A DNA stretch of 64,000 bases, taken from Atribacterota bacterium (GTDB lineage: Bacteria; Atribacterota; Phoenicimicrobiia; Phoenicimicrobiales; Stramentimicrobiaceae). This document shows positions 52,340 through 62,757 of this stretch, in pieces. The DNA lies in the NCBI GenBank assembly GCA_040767965.1, contig JAXGNR010000009.1, positions 32,001 to 96,000 on the forward strand, read 5' to 3'. The stretch's first letter is position 1; each line of letters starts with the position of its first letter. Made by a program: the position numbers and the translations under genes. The notes beneath the pieces are model-generated. The model saw only the letters and a program-made list of their open reading frames with translations, searched no databases and was not told where the DNA came from.

Positions 52340-53185
52340 ATGGAATTTGTAACATTAAATAACGATATAAAAATGCCCATGTTAGGGTATGGTGTATTTC
52401 AGATTGCAGATGAAAAAATATGCGAACAATGCGTATCTGATGCCATTAAGGCCGGCTATCGTTCCATTGATACAGCAGCAGCTTATTTAAACGAAGAAGC
52501 AGTAGGAAGAGGTATTGAAAAAAGTGGAATACCCAGAGAAGAACTCTTTATAACAACTAAAGTCTGGGTACAGGATGCCGGTTATGAAAATGCTAAAAAA
52601 GCTTTTGAAAAATCCATGCAAAAATTGCAGCTGGATTACCTTGACCTATATTTAGTTCACTGGCCTTTTAGTGATTATTATGGTTCCTGGAGGGCAATGG
52701 AGGAACTTTATAAAGAAGGAAGAATCAGGGCAATTGGTGTTTCTAATTTTTCCAGAGATCGCCTGTTTGATTTAATATTAAATAGCGAGATAGTGCCAGC
52801 AGTTAACCAGGTTGAAGTACATCCGTTTAATCAGCAGATAGAACAAAAGAAGATCATGGATGACTTAAAAGTACAGATGGAATCCTGGGGGCCACTGGCA
52901 CAGGGTAAAAACAATATTTTTAAAGATGAAATATTGTCTGCCATTGGAAAGAAGTACAGCAAAACTGTGGCTCAGGTAATCCTGCGCTGGCATATTCAAC
53001 GTGGAGTTGTTGCTATTCCCAAATCTGCTACCAAAGAAAGAATTATAGAAAATTATAATATATGGGACTTTCAATTAAGCCAGGAAGATATGGATGCTAT
53101 TAAATCTTTTGATACAGGCAAACCTTTCCTGGACGGCACCAGCTTAGAGACTGTTAAAAGATTAAACAGCAGTAAGATCCATTAA
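52340..53185 (+). CDS. Aldo/keto reductase (2,5-DKG reductase-like)
   Basis: GYRSIDTAAAY.NE, TTK, DLYLVHWP, IGVSNF and IPKS. Confidence 0.92.
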   Translation: MEFVTLNNDIKMPMLGYGVFQIADEKICEQCVSDAIKAGYRSIDTAAAYLNEEAVGRGIEKSGIPREELFITTKVWVQDAGYENAKKAFEKSMQKLQLDYLDLYLVHWPFSDYYGSWRAMEELYKEGRIRAIGVSNFSRDRLFDLILNSEIVPAVNQVEVHPFNQQIEQKKIMDDLKVQMESWGPLAQGKNNIFKDEILSAIGKKYSKTVAQVILRWHIQRGVVAIPKSATKERIIENYNIWDFQLSQEDMDAIKSFDTGKPFLDGTSLETVKRLNSSKIH

Positions 53186-53286
53186 CCATTAGCAGAATAA
53201 TATTGAAAAATGTTTAATGAAAATATTGTTTTTACATCTACTAGATCTATTAAAATAGGTTAAGGGTAATTTAAAAGCAGGGGAAA

Positions 53287-54744
53287 ATGGTTATAAAAAA
53301 GAAGAGAGTTATCCTGATTGTATGGGATGGACTAAGATCGGATTTTGTCAACAAAAGATTTACTCCAAACCTTTTTGAATTTGCCAGCAAAGGTGTTTTG
53401 TTTAAAAATCATCATTCAGTGTTTCCCAGCTGTACACGAGTGAACTGTGCATCAATGGTTACCGGATGCTATCCCGATATGCATGGACTGATGGGCAATC
53501 AAATCTATATTTGTGATAAAAATCAGGATTTAAAGGTAATTTCAACCAGCAACTACAAGCTTCTCAAGGAGTATAACAGACAAACTAAAGGGAATATGCT
53601 CCGAAAAACATCTATTACAGAAATTTTGAATGACCATCAAAAGAAATCTTTAGTACTAAGTACTGGTTCGGGTGGTTCTGCTTATATCTTTGACCACAAA
53701 GAAAGCGGAGTGGTTATCAACAGCTCTTTTTGTTTCCCTGCAGAAATTTCTGAACAATTAAGAAAAAAGATAGGGCCTTTCCCTGTTGAAGAAGTACCAA
53801 ATAAAGAGCAAAACAAATATTTAGTACAGTCGTTTTTTAATTACTTTTTACCGGAAATGGACCCGGATTTAACTATTCTTTATTTGTGTGAACCGGATAA
53901 AACTCAGCACTATTATGGTATTGGTACTGTTCAATCCTGTCAGACAATTAAAGACAATGACGACCTTTTTGGAGAATTTTTAATCGGACTTCAACAGTAT
54001 AATTCTGTTAATGAAACAGATATCTTGATTACCTCTGACCATGGCGGTTCAACTATTACAGGTACTGTTAACCCAGTCGATCTGTTAATTGAGGGTGGTT
54101 TTAAAGAAAATGAAAATTCAGACGATTTAACCATTGTTTCTTCAGATGGAAGCATTGGTATATACCTGAAAAATTGGCAAAAAAATAAAATAATAGAAAT
54201 AATTAAATACTTACAAGAACATGAATGGGTCGGACCCATCTTTTCAAAGACAGGAAGAGGAAAACTAGGATTAACTCCAGAGATAATGAATCTGGAGTTA
54301 ATCAGATATAAAAATAATTTAGCTCCAGATTTATTGTTGTCTCTGAATTGGAATACAGGAAAAAATAAAAATGGCTTTCCCTGTGGAACCTATGCAGATA
54401 CCTCCGTTTACCCTGTTGGCGGTGGAATGCATGGCTCTTTCAGCCCTTATGATATGCACAATATTTTAATAGCGACAGGACCATCATTTCAATCCGGGTT
54501 GATAAGTAATTATCCTTCAGGAAATATCGACCTTGCTCCAACGATTTTATATTTATTAGGATTAACCAACTCAGGAATGGACGGGCGCATCCTCGAAGAA
54601 GCATTTACTGGTTCTATCTTATTTTCAAAGGAACAATGGGAAGAGAAGATAATTGAAACAGAAGGTATTTCCTATAAACAAAGACTTGTAGTAAAAGAAT
54701 TCGCAGGAAGGGAATATTTTACAATGTGTGAAGTAAACAAATGA
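53287..54744 (+). CDS. Alkaline phosphatase superfamily / nucleotide pyrophosphatase-phosphodiesterase
   Basis: WDGLR.D, FPSCT..N, EPD..QH, TSDHG, GMHG and DLAPT. Confidence 0.88.
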   Translation: MVIKKKRVILIVWDGLRSDFVNKRFTPNLFEFASKGVLFKNHHSVFPSCTRVNCASMVTGCYPDMHGLMGNQIYICDKNQDLKVISTSNYKLLKEYNRQTKGNMLRKTSITEILNDHQKKSLVLSTGSGGSAYIFDHKESGVVINSSFCFPAEISEQLRKKIGPFPVEEVPNKEQNKYLVQSFFNYFLPEMDPDLTILYLCEPDKTQHYYGIGTVQSCQTIKDNDDLFGEFLIGLQQYNSVNETDILITSDHGGSTITGTVNPVDLLIEGGFKENENSDDLTIVSSDGSIGIYLKNWQKNKIIEIIKYLQEHEWVGPIFSKTGRGKLGLTPEIMNLELIRYKNNLAPDLLLSLNWNTGKNKNGFPCGTYADTSVYPVGGGMHGSFSPYDMHNILIATGPSFQSGLISNYPSGNIDLAPTILYLLGLTNSGMDGRILEEAFTGSILFSKEQWEEKIIETEGISYKQRLVVKEFAGREYFTMCEVNK

Positions 54745-54800
54745 GCAATGAGAAATTTTTGATTTTTAAGTTTTTTCAGGGAAGAAAAGTTATCACTTAT

Positions 54801-57800
54801 TTAAAATCTTAAATTTAAACCGAATTTAAAGCGATAATCGCTATCATTTATTGAAAAGCCTTCAAATTGAGTATTCAGTGACAGATCCGAAGAAACCTGA
54901 TAATCAATACTGATGATTTTTTCACCTTGGAAATCTAAAGGGGTGGTATAACTAATAAAAAAGTCATCACTTATATTTTTCCCTACCTCTAATTTTAAAC
55001 TTGACAGATTCATCTTTTCAAATAAAAAGATACTGTCATCATCAGAAAATAAATTTTCAGTTGATAATCTTAAAAAATCTAAACCAAGCTGTTGTGCCAA
55101 TCCACTTTCTATTTGACGCAGTAAATTTATCTGAATGCTTTGAAACAGGATTTCTATCAATTCCTGAGAGAGTAACTGATTTAATTCTCCCTCAGAAAGG
55201 CCTTCAATGTTTCTTCCCAGGGCCAGTAGAGAGATTATTTCAGTCTCCAGCATTACAGGCTGGGATGATAAACGTACCTGGGGCTGGGCTAAGTTACCGG
55301 AAACATCTATCATTATTAGAACATCCTGAACCATAGTCTCTGCCCTGGCGTTAATATTAATATCATTAACTGTAAAGCCGTTAATTGCAGCTCGTCCTTC
55401 AGTGATATTAAATTGTCTTTCTAAATAAACCAGAGAACCTCTTCTTAAATTAATGTTTCCCTGAATAGAAAGATCATCCAGTTGCCCGGTTAAAAGAGCG
55501 TTTCCGGTTATATAAATTTCGGCATTTGGAAGCCTCAATGTAAAAGGATCAGCAATAACAATATTCATATCCAGCTGAACAGGTAGCGCAGGAGATTGAC
55601 TATCCTGAGATTCAGGAATGAGCTCATCCAGATTAAATGCTTGTAGCTGGTTAAGATTCAAATGACCATTAGTTAAGTATAATTGGCTTTCTATCTCTAA
55701 AGCTGGCCATGAACCTTTAGTTTCTGCAGTAAAAATGATTTCACTTTCAATAATATTTTGAAAAGAAATCTTCTGCTGGATATTTTTAATAGAAATAGAA
55801 ATATTTTCGGGATAAAAAGAAATGAATTCAAAATGACCTTCTAAAGTAAATTGATTTTCAAATGCTGTTAATGGAATTGGTAAAATTATTACTTCATTAT
55901 CATTAATCTCTATTCTGGTATCAACTTGTTCTAATTTAACCGGGAAATCTTTTAATGACAGACCTCCTTCCTGAATATCAATATAGCCATTTAAAAGAGG
56001 CATACTGCTGGTACCGGTTAAACTAAGGTTCAGATCAATATTACCTGTATAATTTGCAAAGATATCTTTCCAGAAAAGATTTAATATATTCAAATCAGCT
56101 TGTTCCATTTTAATTTGAAAATCTAGCGGAAAATCCAACCCGGAAGAGGGAATGGCAGAAACCCGATCCTCTATAAAGAAAGAATCCAAGGGTAGATTGC
56201 CTTGTGCTACGATCTGATATTCTTCTTCTAAAGAAAGAATGAAATCTCTTACTTCTAAATTTCTATTCTGACTATTCCAGTAAAAATCGGCATGCAGGTC
56301 TTCAAATTTGAATTCTCTAAAATCACCTTCCTGCATTCGGGCTACTATTAAAATCTCCGGCTGGGTAAGGATACCTTTTAAAGTTCCTTCAATATCCATG
56401 ATTCCATTAGCCGTTTCTTGAGTGTCAATAAGCTGCAGCAGAGTTTTTATATCAAGTTGTTCTGCTTGGAAATTTATATCCAAAACCTGATCTAATCCAA
56501 TACTTCCTTCTGCTCTCAGCTGACCAGCAGGTTGAATAAAGTGAAAATCAGAAATAAAAAATCTTTGTTCCTGGTAAGAAATTTCTGCTTCTATTTCAGA
56601 AGCTAAAGAACTGTCTGGTATTTGAGGAAGAATCTGGAGAGATAGCTCCATCTGCTGCTTATCTTTATCCCCACTAAAAGCCACTCTTCCGTTTATATTT
56701 GAAGGTAAAAATTCTTTTAAACTATTATCTTCTAAAGGATAAAAAGATTCAACCAAATCAATAATATATTCAGAGGAAAATTCCGTTTCTCCGGAAAATT
56801 GGAAATCTTCTCCTATTTTTATTTTCCCATAAACCAGCAATTCCATCATTTCATTTTTTAAATCTAATTCTTCCAGTAGTAGAGAATAAGTGTAACCATT
56901 TATGTTCAACAATGCAGATAAACTATCTTCACTTTCAACAGGGTAAAGGATGCTTTTTTCAGGCTGTAAGATAAAATTTGCTCTGCCATTTCCTAAAGGA
57001 TAATTATCATAAAGGATTTCTTCTAATAAAAAATTCCCTGATAAAGTTAATACAGGCCATATTCCTTGAATTATCCCATTCCCGGATGTTGATCCGGATA
57101 GTGGAGTAGAAAATGTAAAAATTTGACCCAGATTTTCAATATTGATAGATTCTAATTGATAGACAAGATCAACTTCAGGTGCATCAATTGTATTCAGGTT
57201 TATATTTCCAGAACTGGTAAGGTTTAATTCCTGATTTTTTATAGAAAAATCTTGCAAGGAAATGATATTATTTTGTAATGACAGGATTCCGTTTAAATTA
57301 CCTAAATAATATTCTTGAAAAGATAGTTCCTGCAACCTGAATTCGGCAATAATATCAGGATTACTGGCATTGCCGGTGATAGCAGCTTCTATCTCTGCAC
57401 TACCTGCAATTTTTTGGTCAAAAGCCAAAACATTTATCAGATTGGAGATTTCCGGTGTTTGATATTCAATATTTAAGGCAAAGCGGGCAGTTTCAGCAAA
57501 GCTTATATTTCCTTCAATAAGTGCCAGATCATCTAACAATTCTATTTTGCCTTGCTGGATAGAAATAGTGTTTTTTGCAAGATTGACAGTTGATTTTAGC
57601 TCACCTGCCAAAGGATCAGCCAACAGGATATTGTTGATAACAAGTGAATCTATGGTAAATTGACCTTCAAGCTCCAGGAGGCTGCTGTTTCCCCAGGTAT
57701 TTTCTATTTTAAAATTACTATCAAGATTTCCGGAAATATCTTTCAAACACGAAAATTGATTAAACGCAGGGTGGTGCAAAGAGAAATTTGTTGTTTTTAA

Positions 57801-59147
57801 AAGTATTTGATAATAAGGTAATTCTTCAGACCAATCAATATGTCCCTGAACTGCCAAAGAAGATTCTGCATCTGCAGCAGTTAACGAATGAATAACAAGT
57901 CCATTTTTATTTACTGAAAATTCTAAATCAATATTTTGAAAATCAACATTTTCAATATTAATTTTAGGAGAATATGCTTCTGCTCCTATCTGGAATTCCT
58001 CTGGCTGTCCTTGTATGGTGGCACTTAAATCAATATCTCCCTGAAAAGAAAAATCTTCAAAGTCTGGCCAAAACAAAATTAAATCGCTTTTTAAAACAGC
58101 AGAATTTAAAATGGTACTTTTCAAATCAAGATCAACATATACTTCAGGTTCTGTTGAGATTAATCCGCTTAACTCAATGGTATTTCCCTTATAAAGTCCT
58201 TCTAGTTTAGAAATGGTTATTTCAGGTTTCAGGATATTTATAGAACCATGAATATTATCAAGAGGAATTTCTTCTAAAAATAAAGGATTTGCCTGGACTT
58301 GATACAGGATTATCTCGCCCTGCCAAAAAGGAGTTTCGTCATCGTTTCCAGAAGACAAGTTTAAATTAAGGTTAAGATCGAATTTCCCTTTATTTATATT
58401 GAATTCCTTCCCGATTTCCAGATAGTGCTGAAAATGGGTTAGGTCAGCATTCTTTAAAGTGAAGTTAATTGTATAATAGGGTTGATCAGCATAAATATTT
58501 CCATTTAAAATAAGTGTTGTGCTGTCTTCTTTATGATTTCCTTGAAAATCAAAGATAATTTCAGGCAAATTTGACAAATCCAGATATCCATTAATATTTT
58601 CTACTTGTGTAGTTAATGCTTCTCTCTCATAAAAATATATCAGTTCATCATGCAAGGTTAAATGGCTATCCTGAAAATAAACGCGGTCTATAAATATATT
58701 CTGCTGATCTTCTCCAAATTCAAGATCAAATTTTTTTAATAAATCAAATTGACCGTCAATTTCTCTGACGACTTCCAGATAGGTATTGTAAATAGTGATG
58801 GCATGTATGTCGAGTTCCCAATTTTTCCAATCAAGAAGAGATAATACCAAATTGAAGTCAATTTTAACTTTTTCTGCCTGCAGTAAAATATCTTTTTTAT
58901 CAGCTTGATCATTAAAAACAATAATTTTATTTACCTGCAACGATTGTAAAGAAATATTATCCAGAGAATCAATCTCTACTCTTTTCCCCAGACTGCCTTC
59001 AAGCTGTGCTATCAGGAGAGATTTAATTTTGGGTTGTAAAAAATCACTATTTAAAAAATAATAAAAGACACCAATAATTAAGAGTATTGCTAATGCAAAT
59101 ATTAGAGAAAATATTATAAATTTACTATTTATTTTTATACTTATCAA
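54801..59147 (-). CDS. tamB: Translocation and assembly module TamB (AsmA-like N-terminus, DUF490 C-terminus)
   Basis: N-terminal TM, 1448-aa beta-taco-like repeats, G.L..P...LSS.P......I.SLL..G, terminal Phe. Confidence 0.85.
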   Translation of the reverse strand: MISIKINSKFIIFSLIFALAILLIIGVFYYFLNSDFLQPKIKSLLIAQLEGSLGKRVEIDSLDNISLQSLQVNKIIVFNDQADKKDILLQAEKVKIDFNLVLSLLDWKNWELDIHAITIYNTYLEVVREIDGQFDLLKKFDLEFGEDQQNIFIDRVYFQDSHLTLHDELIYFYEREALTTQVENINGYLDLSNLPEIIFDFQGNHKEDSTTLILNGNIYADQPYYTINFTLKNADLTHFQHYLEIGKEFNINKGKFDLNLNLNLSSGNDDETPFWQGEIILYQVQANPLFLEEIPLDNIHGSINILKPEITISKLEGLYKGNTIELSGLISTEPEVYVDLDLKSTILNSAVLKSDLILFWPDFEDFSFQGDIDLSATIQGQPEEFQIGAEAYSPKINIENVDFQNIDLEFSVNKNGLVIHSLTAADAESSLAVQGHIDWSEELPYYQILLKTTNFSLHHPAFNQFSCLKDISGNLDSNFKIENTWGNSSLLELEGQFTIDSLVINNILLADPLAGELKSTVNLAKNTISIQQGKIELLDDLALIEGNISFAETARFALNIEYQTPEISNLINVLAFDQKIAGSAEIEAAITGNASNPDIIAEFRLQELSFQEYYLGNLNGILSLQNNIISLQDFSIKNQELNLTSSGNINLNTIDAPEVDLVYQLESINIENLGQIFTFSTPLSGSTSGNGIIQGIWPVLTLSGNFLLEEILYDNYPLGNGRANFILQPEKSILYPVESEDSLSALLNINGYTYSLLLEELDLKNEMMELLVYGKIKIGEDFQFSGETEFSSEYIIDLVESFYPLEDNSLKEFLPSNINGRVAFSGDKDKQQMELSLQILPQIPDSSLASEIEAEISYQEQRFFISDFHFIQPAGQLRAEGSIGLDQVLDINFQAEQLDIKTLLQLIDTQETANGIMDIEGTLKGILTQPEILIVARMQEGDFREFKFEDLHADFYWNSQNRNLEVRDFILSLEEEYQIVAQGNLPLDSFFIEDRVSAIPSSGLDFPLDFQIKMEQADLNILNLFWKDIFANYTGNIDLNLSLTGTSSMPLLNGYIDIQEGGLSLKDFPVKLEQVDTRIEINDNEVIILPIPLTAFENQFTLEGHFEFISFYPENISISIKNIQQKISFQNIIESEIIFTAETKGSWPALEIESQLYLTNGHLNLNQLQAFNLDELIPESQDSQSPALPVQLDMNIVIADPFTLRLPNAEIYITGNALLTGQLDDLSIQGNINLRRGSLVYLERQFNITEGRAAINGFTVNDININARAETMVQDVLIMIDVSGNLAQPQVRLSSQPVMLETEIISLLALGRNIEGLSEGELNQLLSQELIEILFQSIQINLLRQIESGLAQQLGLDFLRLSTENLFSDDDSIFLFEKMNLSSLKLEVGKNISDDFFISYTTPLDFQGEKIISIDYQVSSDLSLNTQFEGFSINDSDYRFKFGLNLRF

Positions 59148-59369
59148 AATTATCCCTTATTATCCCTTAATATATTCATTGATAAAACTAATATTAACCG
59201 GCAGAATATTATTTTATATTTTTTAAAATTCCACATAAATAGCAGGCAGAATAACTATAAATATTATAGCATATCAATTTTTTGATTATCAGATAATGCA
59301 CTTGTGTAAGATTTACTGTTAATTTTTTTAAAAAATTAATGAAAATATGTCGAAAAAGAGGTGGTTTTC

Positions 59370-59435
59370 TACAAAGCTAAAAATATATCATAAATAGCTT
59401 TAGTACAGCTTTTTGAATATATTTTTAGCTTTGTA
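59370..59435. terminator. Long inverted repeat after the SIMPL gene
   Basis: tacaaagctaaaaatatat / atatatttttagctttgta. Confidence 0.6.
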
Positions 59436-59456
59436 ATTGTTTCTAATAAGATATAT

Positions 59457-60200
59457 TCAGTCTTTTAAGTAAAATTCTGCTATTACCGATGCTCTTATAC
59501 TTACTTCATCAGGCTCTATTGGGGTTGGAGCAGAAGCAAAAGAGATTTCCCTTTGCATGGCAGTATCCTGAAAACGAAATGGCTGGTAATTAGTGTTTTC
59601 TTCTCTTAAATTTGCCAGTGTCGCAATCTCTTCATTGATGCTTTCTGCTATTGCTTTTGCCTTTTGGAATGCCTGTTGGGTAGCTTTCTGCAGTGCTTGC
59701 AGTATTAAATCTTGCGGATCTGTCAATTCAAAATTAATATAATTAACACTATTGACCCCTGAAGCCACAGCCAGGTCTATTATTTCACCAATTGTATCAA
59801 TTTCACCGGTAGTTATTATCATTTCATTAGTAACCTGATAGAAGATCGGATTTTCATTTATTTCTGATTGCTCCATGGCTGTTTCCCGGTAGCTATACAA
59901 TTGATAAGAACCAGTTTTGATATTGTTTTCAGGTATGCCAGCCTCCAGTAAAGATTTTTTTACTTCATTGGCAATAACAGCATTTTCAGCAACAGCATTA
60001 TCTGCTGATTTATTTCTAGTCCCTATTGCTAAGCTTATTCTTGCCAGATCTGGTTGTGCTTTCAATTCTGCTTGTCCATATGTTTGAATTTTTCTATCAG
60101 CCAAAGATGAGGTTGCTGCATTAACGATTTTACCATGAACATTAAATGTTAAAATAATTATCAAAATAAATAAAATAAAGATGAGATATTTTTTTCTCAT
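59457..60200 (-). CDS. SIMPL domain (DUF541) exported protein
   Basis: G.AEL.AQPD.A, G.IID.AV..G.N and A..KA..IA; GGAGG RBS before ATG at 60200. Confidence 0.88.
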   Translation of the reverse strand: MRKKYLIFILFILIIILTFNVHGKIVNAATSSLADRKIQTYGQAELKAQPDLARISLAIGTRNKSADNAVAENAVIANEVKKSLLEAGIPENNIKTGSYQLYSYRETAMEQSEINENPIFYQVTNEMIITTGEIDTIGEIIDLAVASGVNSVNYINFELTDPQDLILQALQKATQQAFQKAKAIAESINEEIATLANLREENTNYQPFRFQDTAMQREISFASAPTPIEPDEVSIRASVIAEFYLKD

Positions 60201-60529
60201 TGGATTATCCTCCCAAAATGAAATTTTCAGATTATATTCTGTCGTGAAAGTTAAAAAACATATCATGCTCATAAATTATCATTTTTTTGATTTTCTGTAA
60301 ATATTCTATATCTTTTGATTGATTAAATTAGCATTTTTGGGTTAACTTAAACCAGGTTTGAGAGGGCAAAAGAAATTAAAGGGATTTTCTTTCAAAATTT
60401 TCAAAAAATATATTGATTTTTTAAAATAAAATATAAAAGTCTATTTTGAATAAAGAATTTAATTTTGCTATACTTAGTCAAAATTTAATAAATATTCAGA
60501 AAAATATTTTAAAAATAATAGAGGTGGAA

Positions 60530-60994
60530 ATGATGAGTAAAATTGAAGAAAAAATAAAGTCTTTAGGAATTAATTTGCCTGCGGTATCGCCTCCAATTGG
60601 TTCTTTTGTGCCATGCGTACAAACAGGAAACCTTGTTTATACTTCTGGCCAGGTTTGCATGCGTAATGGTGTATTGGCATATAAAGGAAAAGTAGGAAAA
60701 GAAGTAACTATCGAAGAGGGTTCTGAAGCCGCCAGAATAGCTATTATTAATGCCCTGGCTATATTAAAAGAACATTTAGGAAGTTTAGATAGAGTAAAAA
60801 GAATTGTTAAATTATTAGGTTTGGTGGCATGTGTTCCTGAGTTTGACAAACAGCCCAGCGTAATCAATGGTGCATCTGATTTACTTTTAGCTATTTTTAA
60901 AGAAAAAGGACAGCATGCCCGTTCTGCTATAGGAGTCAGTGCTTTACCCAATAATTCTCCGGTAGAAATTGAAATGATTGTTGAAGTAGAATAA
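60530..60994 (+). CDS. RidA/YjgF family protein
   Basis: SGQ, VINGASDLL..IF...G.HARSAIG...LP...PVEIE. Confidence 0.9.
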   Translation: MMSKIEEKIKSLGINLPAVSPPIGSFVPCVQTGNLVYTSGQVCMRNGVLAYKGKVGKEVTIEEGSEAARIAIINALAILKEHLGSLDRVKRIVKLLGLVACVPEFDKQPSVINGASDLLLAIFKEKGQHARSAIGVSALPNNSPVEIEMIVEVE

Positions 60995-61024
60995 GAATTA
61001 ATTTAACTGGAAGAAATTACTGAT

Positions 61025-62179
61025 ATGCAGAAGAACCGATTTAAAAAATTACTTTTATTTTCAATAATAATTGTTATTTTATTAATTAATTCCAGCCCAT
61101 GCAGCAGCACTTCTTTTGAAGATGATTATTTTATAGAAGAATTAATTAGCGGAACAGCAAAAGGAGAGGTTGTTGAAATTTTAGATGAAGAAAAAATTAT
61201 CGATGAGCATTCATTTGCTAGAACAATTCAAATTATCAAAGCTAAAATCACTACCGGAACACATAAAGGAAAAATAGTACAAGTACAAAATATTATTGAC
61301 GAGAGGATGGCTTATAACTTAAAGGTAGATCAGAGAGATAAAATTGTACTGTATCTGGAAGAAGATCCTGAAGGGAATATTGTCAATGCTTATGTGGATG
61401 AATTAGTAAGAGATATCTATTTACTTTATCTCCTGCTAATTTTTATATTATCATTATCTATAATAGGTGGTTTAAAAGGGATAAAAGCAATTATTACATT
61501 AGGTTTGACTATCATAGTCATTTTAAAAATACTTTTTCCTTTGGTTTTAGCTGGCTATAATCCTATAGTTGTTTCAGTATCAATTTGTATTCTTGTTATT
61601 GCAACTACAATTTTTATTGTTGGAGGTTTCAATAAGAAAAGTCTGGCTGCTATTACAGGTACTATTGCAGGGGTAGCCCTGGCAGGAGTACTGGTGCTAT
61701 TGTTTGGGCATTCTGCCAGACTAACCGGATTAGCAAATCAGGAAGCTCAGATGCTGATGTTTATTTCTGAGGAAATAAAATTTAATTTCCAGGGGATTTT
61801 GTTTGCCAGTATCATTATTGGCTCTTTAGGGGCAATAATGGATGTGGGAATGTCTGTTGCTTCAGCGACAAATGAGATACAAGAAGCAAATCCCAATCTA
61901 ACATCTGCATATTTAATCAAGGCGGGGATGAATGTAGGACGTGATATTATGGGAACAATGTCAAATACCTTAATACTTGCTTATGCAGGTGGGACAATTC
62001 ACCTCCTTCTTTTATTTGTGGTATACGAAGTTCCGGTAATGGATATTATAAATCAAGACTTTATAGCATCTGAAATTGTAAGAGCATTGGCAGGCAGCAT
62101 TGGCCTTATTTTTTCAGTTCCCTTTACAGCTATAAGTGCTGGAATTATTTATAAAAAGATTTTCAAGAAAAACCATTGA
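61025..62179 (+). CDS. YibE/F family membrane protein
   Basis: LGAIMDV..S.AS, GRDIMGTMSNTLILAY.G and EI.R.L.GSIG. Confidence 0.9.
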   Translation: MQKNRFKKLLLFSIIIVILLINSSPCSSTSFEDDYFIEELISGTAKGEVVEILDEEKIIDEHSFARTIQIIKAKITTGTHKGKIVQVQNIIDERMAYNLKVDQRDKIVLYLEEDPEGNIVNAYVDELVRDIYLLYLLLIFILSLSIIGGLKGIKAIITLGLTIIVILKILFPLVLAGYNPIVVSVSICILVIATTIFIVGGFNKKSLAAITGTIAGVALAGVLVLLFGHSARLTGLANQEAQMLMFISEEIKFNFQGILFASIIIGSLGAIMDVGMSVASATNEIQEANPNLTSAYLIKAGMNVGRDIMGTMSNTLILAYAGGTIHLLLLFVVYEVPVMDIINQDFIASEIVRALAGSIGLIFSVPFTAISAGIIYKKIFKKNH

Positions 62180-62330
62180 ATTATAAATTGTTAAAAATAA
62201 ATTTAGAATTGTCCAGTGATTAATAAAATAAAATTATTATTAAAAATTTTAATATTTATTGTTATTATTTCTTGATAAAACTATTGACATGTATGTTATA
62301 ATTTCTAAAAGTTTTAAAATATCGAAAAAT

Positions 62331-62726
62331 GCAAATCAGGGGAGAAGTAACAATTTTTTTGTGAAATGGACCCCTTAGCTTCAAACTGAAAGATTACTAA
62401 AATTCAAGTAGGTTATGACGGTTTTCCCCCGTGAAAAAGGAAAGGGTATCGGTAAACATTACCCGTACCTTCATAAGTGGATTTTTGTGATAATAGATAA
62501 TATTTATTTTACATAAAGATCCATTAGAGTGGCACCACGGAATACAATCCTTTCGTCTCTAGCAGATGAAAGGTTTTTTATTTTTTAGGAACAAGTTTAC
62601 CCGTACCCTATTAAGAGGCATCTTCTGGTAAAAAATTGCCAGAGCTGCAATTTGGGTGGCAACGCGGATTATTAATTCTCCGTCCCTATAGTTATTTAAT
62701 AGCTATAGAGGCGGAGAATTTTTTTT
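62331..62726 (+). ncRNA. Trp T-box leader with short Stem I and two T-box/terminator modules
   Basis: Specifier UGG at 62367-62369 beside AGUA/GAA loop E; T-boxes AGAGUGGCACCACGG (62526) and AAUUUGGGUGGCAACGCGG (62649); terminators at 62549-62579 and 62674-62726. Confidence 0.85.
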
Positions 62727-62757
62727 GGATATTAAAAACCATTGGAGGAAAATATAA

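Noticed and set aside
59150-59169. 10-bp duplication (ttatccctta)x2 at the tamB RBS
   Set aside because: Real but likely simple slippage that leaves the RBS intact
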